Counted from the first letter of the stretch, positions 1 through 11,889 are shown. The stretch: DNA of 64,000 bases from the human T2T-CHM13v2.0 reference genome, Homo sapiens (GCF_009914755.1 NC_060931.1); one strand, 5' to 3'. Numbers and translations: made by a program. Notes: generated by a model from the sequence alone, not told the origin.

Positions 1-96
1 GCAGTTCCATTAGGATGTACCAATTGTTAGGCCGTCAGCTGCCGATCGCGCGCCCGGCGAGGATGCAGAGGATTGGGGGGAGGTGGTGACTTGCAT

Positions 97-257
97 TTTA
101 TTTACAATAACTTTATTTCCCCCGTTTTGCAGCCCCTCTTATTTTTGTGTCGAGGTTGGGGTCGGTACTGACCGTCCTGCCAGCAGCTCTGAATTTTGAA
201 AATACAGATATCACCTTCGGGGAAGGGGGAAAGCCATTTAGCCAATTGGAGAAATAA
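97..257 (-). promoter_or_regulatory. HOXA5 upstream regulatory region with clustered AAATAA elements (candidate brachial spinal cord enhancer)
   Basis: Minus-strand AAATAA at 98-103, 113-118 and 139-144, plus a plus-strand copy at 252-257. The region lies 3' of HOXA6, i.e. immediately 5' of HOXA5 by cluster order. An AAATAA-dependent Hoxa5 upstream enhancer is recalled from mouse work. Confidence 0.45.
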
Positions 258-1422
258 ATCCTGCCCGCAGCAGCAGCAGCTACAATTACGGCTCTGTTTT
301 TGCGAGCGCATGAGGGACAGTGTCCCTGCCGCTCTTAAATGACAGGCGTCTATTAAAGATAGCTTTTGTGTAGTGTTTCTCCAAGGCGAGGTCAAATTCC
401 ATACACTTTTATAACCGTAGTCGATTTTTCTTTCGTGTGAATATGGTTTTCGTGTCATTAGTTTGCGATTTGATTTGCTTACGTATCCAGCCTGGAAAAT
501 CTTCATCACAGGGTCCGGTTCCTCGAGCCAGCCGGGCCCCAAGTCGGAGGGTTCTCCTTGAACCCAGCGAGTGGGCCCAGGCTCCCTGCAGCCACAGAGG
601 CTGCCTGGGGTCTGGGGATCCGTGGGGCGGGTTACTGGGGTCTTGCTTAGACCTCCAGGAGTAAAATGAGGGCGATAATGGAAGCATTCCTTGGCAGTGC
701 CTAGTATCTCTGTAGTTATTTTCCACGGCTCCGAAAGACTCAAGTAAATCACAAATATAGCTGAGAGGCAAGTGGAGTCTCCCCGCTGGAGGCCCGGCGT
801 TGCAGGCGCCCCTGGCACGTCTGGAAGCCAGGACTCTGGCGGCTCCCATGGCCCTGGGCCCCTCGTTGGGTCCTGAACGCTGCTGTGGCGGCGACGCGGG
901 CGCTATCGGAGGCTGGGAGCGGGAATCCGGAGCCGGGAGCCTACCCCGGGCTGTAATGTTCCACCCGCGCCCAGGTTAACTCGCCTCGGCTGAGGCTGCT
1001 TCTCTTCCACTGACGGTTGCACACGCGGGACCGAGAGACTGGGCTCTGTTGGGGCCCCCTTTGTTCCTCGAGCTTCCTTCCTGTTCTGGGAGGCGGCTTG
1101 GGAGGCCGCGACAAGGCCGGGCTCCAGCTCTTAGACCCCCTCTTTCCACTGGCCAGAGATGATTTGATGATGCCCTTCGGGACTTACTGGCGAGGGACCT
1201 AGGCAGAGACGCCCAGACACGAAACGGGGCTCGGCCCAGGGCTCTTTCCTCCCCAGCAGCCCCGCGTCCCGAGGTCGGGGAGCTCAGAGACACTAGCACA
1301 GGAGCCCCAGACGCATTCAGGGCGCACCCCAGAACTCCGGAGCCGGTTTGGGCATCCTTGTGGAGCGGGACTGGGTGTGTGCAGTGCGCCCCGCTCCACC
1401 GCTGGTATTGGCTGTGTGTGAG

Positions 1423-1462
1423 GTTTTGTTTTGTTTTGTTTTGTTTTGTTTTGTTTTGTTTT
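1423..1462. repeat. (GTTTT)8 pentanucleotide microsatellite in HOXA6 3' region
   Basis: Eight perfect GTTTT units read directly. Confidence 0.95.
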
Positions 1463-1623
1463 GTAAGAAATAAATGCACAGACGCTTGCAAAGCTCCGGG
1501 CTCCCCTGAAGCTGCGGAAGCCCCCAGATGGGAGCAGGCGGGGAGAAAAGTTGGGGAACAGGCGAGGGCAAGGGGGCAAAGCCGAAGGAGGTTGCAGCGC
1601 TGGCCTGGTCCCTGCCCAGGCAT

Positions 1624-1938
<315 letters not shown>

Positions 1939-2202
1939 TCAGCCCAGTGCCTCCCACAAGAGGCACCCAGACTAGAAACCACCCCGCCTCCACTCCAGCC
2001 TCTCCCACTATGTCTGGGGCCCAAAGCATACTGAATGGGAGATTATTTCATACCAAGCGAGATGTTTTCCACCTATAACGACTTGGGGTGGACATTATCG
2101 TTTTTGAAAAATCTGCCTCATAGGAAAACCATTACAAGCAAAATAACAGAATGAGCATTCTTAATTTGGGATGCCCAGGTCGTGTTTTTGTGGGGATGCA
2201 GG

Positions 2203-2242
<40 letters not shown>
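2203..2242. repeat. Interrupted (GT)n microsatellite, HOXA6 intron
   Basis: GT run with one TT interruption. Confidence 0.95.
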
Positions 2243-3275
2243 CTGGGGTGGGTGGTGTGGAACCATGTAAGTAGTGTACACACTCTGAATTCATAGTGGT
2301 CTCTCTGAGGATGCTACTGTGACCAGCCATGTCGGAACTCAACACATTTTTTGAAGAGTTAAAAATGGTCAGCCCTCTTGAATCTTTACACATTCTCCCA
2401 AATTATATGACCCTTCTGAGAAATGCAGAACTCCCCCAAGGATAAAGTGGATGTTAATGGAAAACATTATAATTTTAACAATCCGCATTAGGCTCTGTCC
2501 TAGGGAATTCCTAGGAGTCTTTGGGATTCCCTGTGGAGTCCTTGGAAACCAGAGGCTAAGAGATGGAGCTATAGGTAGTCTAGGATTTCTGGCAATGTAG
2601 GATTGTGTTGGGCTGTCTGATCTGGTGCCAAAGTTCCCCAAGGGTGGTGGGGGGTCCCTCCAAGACAGGTGTATGAAGCTCAGGCATGGGCTCAGAAGAG
2701 GGCAGAAGTTGGCTAAGAGTGGGCAGTTGAGTAGAAGCCGGGGGAGATGAGGGAGGAGAGAGAAAAAAATCCTGAGTCTGGGGCTGTGGCCCTCCAAGGC
2801 TTTGGGGAGACACTGGAAGAGGCCAAATGGCCACCTCTCTGTACGGGTTTCTGAAGGGCAGAAAGGAGAGGGGGTTGGGAAGCAAAGGGTATTTATCAGT
2901 GACGCAGTGCAAAAGGCCCTCTGGCTTGGGAAGCTGAGCAGGGTACTCAGGGTGCATGGACAGGCTGTCCCTCCCCACCAGCCTCTCTCTCTCTTCAGGC
3001 TGTCCCTGTCACAGGTCTCATATACGTGCCAGTGCCCCCATCCTCCCCTAAGGTGTCAGCTTACATGGACACTGGGGCCTTGCCCTTCCTCTGCCATGGC
3101 CTGATAGCCCCATTGGGAACTGATTTTTTCTTCTCTTTTAAGAAGCCAAAGAAACTTTGCTGGTTCTTTCATCCTTTCTTTCTCTCTATTCCTCTTTCTA
3201 CTCTGTTTCCTCCTTCTTTCTTTCTTTTCCTGCCTCCTTTCCCCTCTCCCTCCACTGTCTTGGGATATGTCTTAC

Positions 3276-3717
3276 CCGCGCAGGAGTTCATCCGCTGCAT
3301 CCAAGGGTAAACCGGGCTCGTGTACTTCCGGTCGGCGCCTTCGTCATGGAGTGCTTTGCCCTGCCCGCTGCTGCTGTCGGGTTTGTACTGCTGCTCGGGA
3401 GAAAAGTGCAGGTAGTCCCCGGGGCCCCTCTGCTTGCCACTGCCCGAGGGCGAGGCGCCACTGAGGTCCTTATCAGAATAGAAACACGAGGCCCCGTACT
3501 CGTAGGACGCCCGGTTGCAGGCCAGGACCGAGTTGGACTGTTGGTAGAAACAAGGTGAGGTGTACGTCTTGTCCGGGAGACTCGACGCCCCGTACGAGGC
3601 CGGGAAGGGCCTCAGCGCGTCATAGCCAGCCTGGTAGAGGGGCAGCTGGCCCAAGAAGGAGTCCTGGCCGCTGGGAAGGCTCCCGGGGAAAGTGGGATTC
3701 ACAAAATAGGAACTCAT
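3276..3717 (-). CDS. HOXA6: Homeobox protein Hox-A6, coding exon 1
   Basis: Starts MSSYFVNP (Hox SSYF N-terminal motif), contains the VYPWM PBX-interaction hexapeptide, donor GCGG|gtaag at 3276/3275 (phase 1). Confidence 0.98.
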
Positions 3718-3759
3718 TTGCGCGCCCCTCTGCAGGACTGTGATTTGTTGTGTATTAGT

Positions 3760-3870
3760 ACATCTGGCTATAACTATTAGTAGTCATCGAACTGGTTTGT
3801 TTCTGGATGGCCGAACGCCAAAAGCGACAGCAGCAAATCGCACCAGCTGACGCGGCGGCGGCCAATGGGA
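3760..3870 (-). promoter_or_regulatory. HOXA6 proximal promoter (E-box CAGCTGAC 3844-3851, CCAAT 3862-3866, TATA-like TTATAG ~3768-3773)
   Basis: Motifs read directly just upstream of the HOXA6 ATG within a CpG-rich region. Confidence 0.6.
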
Positions 3871-6146
3871 GCGAACGCCGGAGCCCGCTCCCCGGGGACC
3901 GCGGCGACCGAGGCAGCAAAGTTACAAACAGCCCCCAGCCCGCCCGCCCGCCGCCCGCCCGGCAGATTAATGGGCGCGCACAGCTAGCCGGCCCGGCTCT
4001 CTTCCCGAACGCCAGCGGCGGGCACGGCCCTTTCAGTGGCGAGCAGATCAGGCCAGAGTAGGGACACTAATGCTTGGGCCGCCTCAAAGGCCCCGCCAGG
4101 TCCCCTCCTTCCTCCTCCCCTTTTTGCTTTATTGAATTTTGCGGGTTCCCCGCCCCTCCTCCTCCAAACAGGAAACCTGAAGGTCCTGCTCCAGGAGGGG
4201 CAGTGACAAATGTGGCTTTGCTCCCTGCCGGCCTGCACTCCAGGCACGGCCCAGAGTTGCCCCTCCCCTAGCGCTCCCCTATTCGTGGGTGCGAGTTCTT
4301 GAGCTGGAGCAAGGGCCATGAGAAACCAGGCCTTCACTCTATGCTCTTCACTCGTGCGCCTTAGGAATCGGTGAACTCCCTCATTCTCTCCTTCTCCGCT
4401 AGCACCAGGGGCCTGGGCCTTGCAGCCCAGAGCTGAAGGATCACCTCGAGCTGACCAGGACTCAGCCAAACGTAGGTTCTTCCCACCCATTCCCTCCTCC
4501 CACATACACATCCTGTTTGAGTCCCAAGGGGCTCAATGGCCCGCGCCTGCCTGGTGTCAAAGCACTCCTTCCAGCTGGGCGTCCCCATCCCACCTTTGAA
4601 CCCAGGGAATTGAAAGGCCAGAAACCACTGGTTTCAACAAGAAAGGACCGACAGAGCAGTGGCCGTGAGACTGGGCTCCTAAGACAGCCGAGGGACCTGC
4701 TCCCCTGCCTAGCGCCTGGGGACTCAGCATCCACTGCGAGAACCGCTCAGAGCTGAGGCAGATAAAAATCCAGATGTGGAATCTCTCTGTCCACATTCCA
4801 GAGGCACAGAAGACGCAGAGGCCCTGGCCAAGCTGGGCACAGAGGGCAGCTCTGCAGGGCCCAAGGCCGCGGGATAATTGATGGGCTCGGTTTCCGGGGC
4901 GCCCGACAACCGGCACTGTCCTGGGGCCGCCCTCTTTACTGCCCTTCCTGGGACCGCAGGGAGGGCTGCCGCCCCTCAGTCGCTCCGGAACCGGGAATAG
5001 TCTCACCGGCTCCAGAAATCCTGAATTGCTTTCACTGCTGTCCCAGGCCTGGCGGTCCCCAGACAGGACATTAAAAGCCTGTCCTGAGCTGCTCACTCTT
5101 GCCTGAGAGGTGTGCCTTCGAGATAGTTGACTTTTACAACACATGGATCAATCTCGTTTTGTAAAATGTGATAGCAGCCCAATGGCATTTTTACAACTGT
5201 GTTTGTTGGGCTTGTAAAACCCCTTGAATTAGCTTTAAAATCCTCAATTCTGTGGAGGTTGAAGAAAGACTATTTACGTGATTTGGATGGATTTCTGGAG
5301 ACTGTTTACAAGATCTGTAAAACCCTGGCCAATGCAGGCTCACCCGGTTCAGGACTTAGTGGGGAGGTGGCAATTGGCAGTGTTCCAGTAGGAATCTAGT
5401 AATGACTTAGTCTCTTCCTTGCTTTTCAATTTTTTTCCTGAACTCTCCTCCCACAAAGGGAAAAAATTGGGAAAGGACTGGCCTAAGGTCGACCTCCGAA
5501 GAGCCCAAGAGGCACTCCTGGAAGGCGGCTGCTAGCCCGGCAATGGGGGCTACCCCTGGAAGCCGGATGCCTGTTCCCCAGTCGATCCGTCCTGGAAAGG
5601 GTTTACTTTGCATATAAAGCAGGGCCTCGAATGAGAGGATAGAATTGGGCATTTCCCACACATTACTTCAGGGAAAGAATTCAATAGGTGAAAATGAAAA
5701 CTCGAGTCAAAAAATTAAAAGGGACTTTTAAAAATAGCTGTTTGAAGAAAAACATGTTTGTGTTATTTTTTTCTTAAACAAAATTATCAGACAACAGTGA
5801 TTTTAAGCAAGTTATTATTTAAAATGAAAACAACCGTTTGGAGATGTCAATCAATGTTTACATTTATGATTTCCTTTTCATTCCGCCATGTCCCACATAG
5901 TGGTGGGTCGGTGTCAATTTACTATTATTATTATTTGTCATGCCTTGACCAGGATTCTCGATCTAATTATTGTTCCAGCTAACAAGAGAATTTGATTTCT
6001 CAGCTAAGAACCAGAAAACATTATATTTCTAGCTTCTATAGGCACTAAGATGGAAAAACATATATTACATTGGAATCTTTACATGTTAGCCAAGGCTAGT
6101 GCATATCATGTTGGCAGCTGACCAATTCATTTCTCCAACCAGATAT

Positions 6147-6179
6147 TCTCTCTCTCTCTCTCTCTCTCTAGAGAGAGAG
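6147..6179. repeat. (TC)n tract abutting (AG)5, forming a 20-bp perfect palindrome (6160-6179)
   Basis: ctctctctct-agagagagag centred on CTAG. Confidence 0.9.
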
Positions 6180-8068
6180 GGCTATTCCGGCAAGAATAGG
6201 CACCCCAGACCCTCCAAAGGGCCTCTCCTGCGATGGTGAGAATGGCCACCCCAGGGCTCTCTCTCCTCCCTGCCAAAGCCACGCAGAAAGCGACTTACCT
6301 TTCAGTTTCTCTCCAAGGGGGGCAGGACGGCGAGCTGGGCCCCACTGTCTGCCCTTGCCCTGGGCTGCCCATTGAACAGCTCCACCTCTGCCAGCCTGGA
6401 GGGTGGTCTGGGAGTATGTAGGTGTGGGACCTTGAAGGCCACCTCGGTCCAGCCAGCTCGCTAGCCCAGACCAGAGCCCAAAGCACACAGGTGCGGCCTC
6501 TGCCCTTCACAGCCCTCTCCTGGAGCCAAAGCCGTCCTTCTTTGCCATAGCCAATCCTCCTCAGAGCAGCCAGGCCTACAGGCCTCAGGACTACAGGTAG
6601 TCTCTCCGATTGCAGAATCCCAAAGCCAGAGTGTTCCCTGAACCAGCGTGCGCCCCCAGAACGCCTTGGGACGCGCAGTTTGGACAGAAGCAGCCATGAC
6701 GTGCCAGGCGGCCTGTGCAACCAGTCTCCATGGTGCTGGAGTGGGGGTGGGGGAGGACCAGAGTCTATAACGGCGTCCAGCTCCGGTCAGGGGTAGCCGA
6801 GGCGGGGAGATTTCCCGGCCATATAGGCTCTGGGTGATCGCCCCCCAGGTCCCCTTGCGTCCCCCTCTACCCTGCTTGCTGGGAAATCTCTGAGGGGCCA
6901 GTACAGCAGTCGCGCCAGGCTGCAAGAGGCGGGCTGCAGCTGGCGCCGGTCCCGGCGACGGCCACGGCGTGGCAGCAGCGAGCGCCAGCACGGTCGCAAT
7001 AAATAATCGGCCCGCGGCAGCCGCAGTCAGGAAGGCGGCGGCCCTAGGATGCAAATGCGCCGCTTTATCCGCCCCGAGCGCACGCAGAGCACGGGCTAAC
7101 GTCCTAAACATCCACAGCCCCTTCCTATTTATCGAATCCATACCAAGATATTGTCTCAAGTTGGGGAAACAACAACCCAAACAAAAAACAAACAAAAAGA
7201 ACCTCGGACTCTTTTCTTGTCGCTGTCCGAGGAGTTCTCGGGGCAAATCTGGTCTGATGTGCACTTAGGCCGAGCTACAGTTCGAGCCACCGCGCTACGC
7301 AAAGCCACCGCCAGCAGCACGCTCTGCGCTTCCTCCCGGGCAGCTCCACCATCCTCTCCCCGCTCGCGGAAGGTGGGGAGTGCGGTCGCCAGTCCGTTGC
7401 GCCAAGGTGGATTGGGGGGTCCCCCTATCGCCCAGACTCGGTTTGCGTCCTTCCTTCAACCTTAGCTGCGGGACCCTGCCACGCGCGCTAACAGCATTAT
7501 GTCCTCTGCACCGAAACTTCCCACCAAGTAACACCCAATTAATCCCATCCTCTCCTCCAACACAGAATTCCACCCACGCACCTATTCCCCCTCCCAGCGC
7601 TTCAGACACCTCTCTCATCGAAAAACCGGGCGAAGGGAAGCCGGCAACGAGCGGAGAACTCTGGCTGAATTAGTAAGTTTTTCTGTTTCCCCCTTCTACC
7701 TTTCTCTCTGAAACCAATTCCCACGGAGTAGAAAGTGCTGTGCTGATGCTAATAAAATGCCTGTGGATTAATGCACTTTGCCCTCACCTCTTCCCACCTT
7801 CCCAGGTCAAGGATGGTCTCCTCTTGTTGGGGAATCCAACAAAACCAAATAGGGCCATGAATGAAAACACAAAAATCCAAACCCAAAGGGCTGGCGGGGA
7901 ACACAGTGTGCCGGGCCACTTCCTTTTGGGCTTCACGGGGTCGCTAGGGAAGGGGAGAGAGACGACCCAAGGGATGCTGCCCTGTGCCTTGGCGCTGTGC
8001 CACGGAGGGCCGAAGGAAGGCGGGCACTTACTGCCAAGGCGAGCCAGGGAGGGGAGAGAAAGGGAGTG

Positions 8069-8121
8069 GTGTGTGTGTGTGTGTGCGTGCGCGCGTGTGT
8101 GCCTGTGTGTGTGACGTGTGT
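8069..8121. repeat. (GT)n/(GC)n alternating purine-pyrimidine tract (Z-DNA prone)
   Basis: gtgtgtgtgtgtgtgtgcgtgcgcgcgtgtgtgc... read directly. Confidence 0.85.
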
Positions 8122-8278
8122 GGGCTGTAGTGTGTGATGGGGGCAAGTGTGAATGGGTGAGTATGGGTAAGGGGGAGTATGCCCCTCTTAAAGCCTCCCT
8201 GGGTGCCCTCTCCCACCGCTACCGCCGCCGGCTGTCGCCTCACCACCTTTGCTCCTATCTCCTCCCCACATGTCTCAC

Positions 8279-8590
8279 CTTCAGACGGTGGCTCCCAGAA
8301 GCTCCTGCCCCTCTGACAGCTGTCGCTTGGGCAGCCCGAGAGAAGAATTGTCCTCTTTCCTGGTGCCAGAGGACGCAGGAAATTAGCCAGGTTGCGAGTT
8401 GCAAAGCTGCTGCCGCGGCGCCGGGAACGGAGCGCGCCCAATCTCCAGCGGGAGCCGCCAGGCCTGGCCTGGCCGGGGCTTCCCTTCGCTCGCCATCTCC
8501 GGACAAAGCACAGCCGAGCCCGGCTGGAAGGCAGAGCTCCGAAGCAGGCAGGACGGAGCGGAGCAAAAGAATGCGGCTCTATTCTCGCAA
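8279..8590 (-). other. Distal non-coding first exon of long HOXA3/HOXA5-type transcripts
   Basis: Strong minus-strand donor GAAG|gtgaga at 8279/8278, with promoter motifs just upstream (8595-8650). Distal HOXA3/Hoxa5 transcription start between HOXA6 and HOXA7 is recalled from annotation. The 5' end is approximate. Confidence 0.6.
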
Positions 8591-8594
8591 GGGA

Positions 8595-8725
8595 AATTAT
8601 AAAAAAGTTCATGTTCACGGTTCTCATCCACATGACCGACAGCGGCCAATGGAAGGGCCGAACAACTCATAAAGTTGTATTGCAAAGTTGTAAATTTTCA
8701 TAAACAACAACGGATTTATGACCCT
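8595..8725. promoter_or_regulatory. Conserved intergenic promoter/enhancer (E-box CACATGAC 8629-8636, CCAAT 8646-8650, CATAAA/TTTATG CDX-HOX sites); likely the H8/7-6 four-cluster element
   Basis: Dense motif cluster: ctcataaag, gttgtaaattttcataaac, ggatttatgacc. Its position between paralogs 7 and 6 matches the described four-cluster conserved sequence. Confidence 0.55.
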
Positions 8726-9728
8726 TTCCCCATCACTGAGAGGAGGCAGCTCTTACACCGGCGCCATCTTACCACCGAGGCCGCCCCGACTTGGGGCCTC
8801 AGGTTTTACAGACCCTTTTGGGCCAGGTTTTACTAAAAGAGCCATAAGAAGCGGGCCCAGCCCAGGCAGGAGACTGGAGACGAGGTCTTGCAGGCGGAAC
8901 TCAGGATGCTCTGAGCTGCCCGCACAACCCCTGGACCTTCACCCCTCGCCCCTTCCCCGCATCCAGCTGCCCCAGCCCCTGCCCAGGCTGCGTAGCCTAG
9001 CGGGGGTCTGCGGTCCTAGCCCCTCCCCGCGCCACCTACTGCAGTGCCGGACCCTGGGGCCCCCTCGCCTGGTCTGCAGGCGGGGTGGGGACCTTAAATC
9101 CCATTTCCTAGCCTGGGGCTGGGTTCAGGGCGCATGCGAATCCGGAATCAGCTCTGGGTAATGCCCCTTTCCAAGCCCACTGCTCAGCCTTAGAGGAAAG
9201 TGTGGATTTGAAATTTCCTCATGGAATTGATGGAGGTTTTTAGGTAGATTCATAGAATATAACGTATCTACCAAAGATTCCGTTTTCAAGGGATCTAGAA
9301 GATGTTAGTGCACACGCAAAAACCAGACAAACGTCTCTACACGGATAAAGGCACATATACAATTATGCACACAGGGAAGGGCATACACTCTATTGTGGGC
9401 ACAGAATGACATGCAATTATGGACACACAAAAACACATGCACCCAATTATGGACACCAAAATATATACAATTGTGGAATTAGGTAAAAACACACACACAG
9501 AAATACATACACAGAAAAATAAGCACATACTCATACAAATACACACATAAAAATACATTAAAAAGATACATGACACCAATACATGGGTACCCAACACTTG
9601 GACCATCACAAGGACAGCCACCCCACTTTTGCTTCCCCACTGCCCCCTGCCCTCCAGCCATACTCACCTCCCCTTTCCCAGTCCCCTCTGGATAAGGCAG
9701 TCCACATTTTTCTTTGTCACCACGCATC

Positions 9729-9734
9729 TTTATT
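9729..9734 (-). terminator. HOXA7 polyadenylation signal AATAAA
   Basis: tttatt on plus strand ~1.17 kb downstream of the HOXA7 stop. Confidence 0.7.
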
Positions 9735-10390
9735 TTCGGTTACATAAAACACAGCTGGGCTGGGAAGTGTGCCTTCCCTGAACCCCAGGATGGAGCTGAG
9801 CAGGGTACAGGACAACACAGGAGATGAAGGGCATTGCGGAGGGCATTGGACCTCCCCACCCACTACAGTTAACTCAAGACAACATACCATGCTACAAAGT
9901 CACCCCATTAACACATCCTTTCCAAGTCAAGACACTGCCTTACAAATGAACTCCAAGACTATAGAAATGATAAAAAAAAATCTTGTTCAAATATACAGTA
10001 TCTGCTATTATAGGAAACATCAGGGCGTACATATTTAACACAGCTGAACAGTAAGATACAGGAGCCAGAGGAAAGGACAGCGAAGCTGGAAGCATCTCCA
10101 CAGTCCTGCTAAGCAGAAGCTAACCCACAGATCTGCAGCCAGCTCAGGAACATTCCCCTCCAGAAGTGGGGGTTGATGGGCCTGAGCTGTGGGTGCCAAG
10201 CCAGAGAAGGAGGGATTGATTCTAGGGTGCAAGCACTTAGGATGCTTTTTGGAATAAATATATTATTTTTCGATTTAAATAGATGCCAATACCCTGATCC
10301 TGGACCTCAGCACATTCTCAGGGCAGCCTCAGGGACCCCAAAAGCTGCGGGCTGTAAGCAGCAGGGGACTTGCCTGGGAGCAGTCGGCAC

Positions 10391-10598
10391 TAGGTAGCAG
10401 GCAAGCCAGCCAGCACAAAATAGGTAGTTTTAGGGGAGTAGGTAGTAGTGAGATTCACTTTCTTGCGGGTCTGGGAGGGTGGTGCTGGGTGTCTGCCAGT
10501 GTTGGGATACATAGGGACTTCCTGGGAATGGAGGCCCTCTGGGGCTGGATACATAGGTAGTTTGGGGGTGCCTCGAGCAGAGGCCTGTGCTAGGTAGT
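10391..10598 (-). promoter_or_regulatory. Cluster of miR-196 seed sites in HOXA7 3'UTR
   Basis: 8mer sites (plus-strand TAGGTAGT) at 10421, 10439, 10554, 10591 and a 7mer-A1 at 10391, complementary to the seed of the miR-196b encoded at 25537-25558. Confidence 0.9.
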
Positions 10599-10899
10599 AT
10601 TTTGGACGCGCCAGAGCAGGGCCGGCTGGCCTGGGGTTGGGGGTGTCTTTTGGGGTCCTCGGAGGCAGAGGGAATCCAAGGCGACCCAGTCTCTGCGGCC
10701 GCTCAGTCCACAAAAGTTGGGAGCTGGAGTAGGTGATGGGGGTGGGTAGAGTGCAGGTTGGGGACTGGGTTGCTTTTTTGTTTTTGTTTTTGTTTTTTAC
10801 ATTTTCTTTTATTTTTCCCATTTTTGTAAGTAAAACCAGTGAGTCTCTTAAAGACGCTTTTCCGACTGTCCGGTGCAGAGAGGGCCCCGGATCGGCCCC

Positions 10900-11271
<372 letters not shown>

Positions 11272-11889
11272 TTAGGCTGCTGTCCCAGAGCCCGCACCTT
11301 CCTCCTGGCCTAGTCCCCAGCGAGCATCCCCCTCTGCCCCAGGCCCCGAACTGAGCTAGGGGAGGAGGGGGAGTGTTAGGGAAAGACCCCAACTGCAGTG
11401 CCAGACGCGCAGGCAGCTCTGTAATGAGCAAAGGCACAGAATCTCAACTTTACAACCGACCTTTCCAGCCGGCTAAGCTTCCACAATGTCCTGCTTCCTC
11501 TGACAAAGGAAAACTGTAAATATAGAGTGTGAGCAAGTGGGAAACGCTGCACTTTTGCCATTCAAAGATGAGCCCGGCCATTCCCCTGCCTTGCTAGGCA
11601 AGTGGGCGACTCTTCCCAGCAGCCTGAGCCCTCATCCCCAGGACCTTCCTAGGGCACCCCGACCCTCTGTCCTCATTCCCTCGCCCCCATCTTGAAATGG
11701 ACCCTGGCACAGGGTCGGGTGAGAGGCCCTGGAGGGCTTGGCTCTCCTAGCTTTTGAGAAAGAAATGTCAGGCAGCAAGGAAAATGAGGAGAGAGAGAAG
11801 AAGAAAGGGAGGGAGGGTGACAGAGGAGGGAGAAAGAGAGACAGAATAGCGAACAAACTTAATGTTAAAATTCCAAGACAAATGGAGTT

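Noticed and set aside
2572-2579. miR-196 8mer match (also a 7mer at 9241-9247)
   Set aside because: One is in the HOXA6 intron and the other lies beyond the HOXA7 poly(A) signal, so neither is in a mature 3'UTR.
3169-3275. C-terminal tails of exon-1 ORFs running into introns (also HOXA7, A9, A10, A11, A13)
   Set aside because: Each reads past a canonical donor; the spliced frames give the expected full-length proteins.
3755-3787. Possible HOXA6 u[13 protein letters not shown]
   Set aside because: It overlaps the TATA-like element and is probably upstream of the main TSS, so I did not count it in the uORF pattern.
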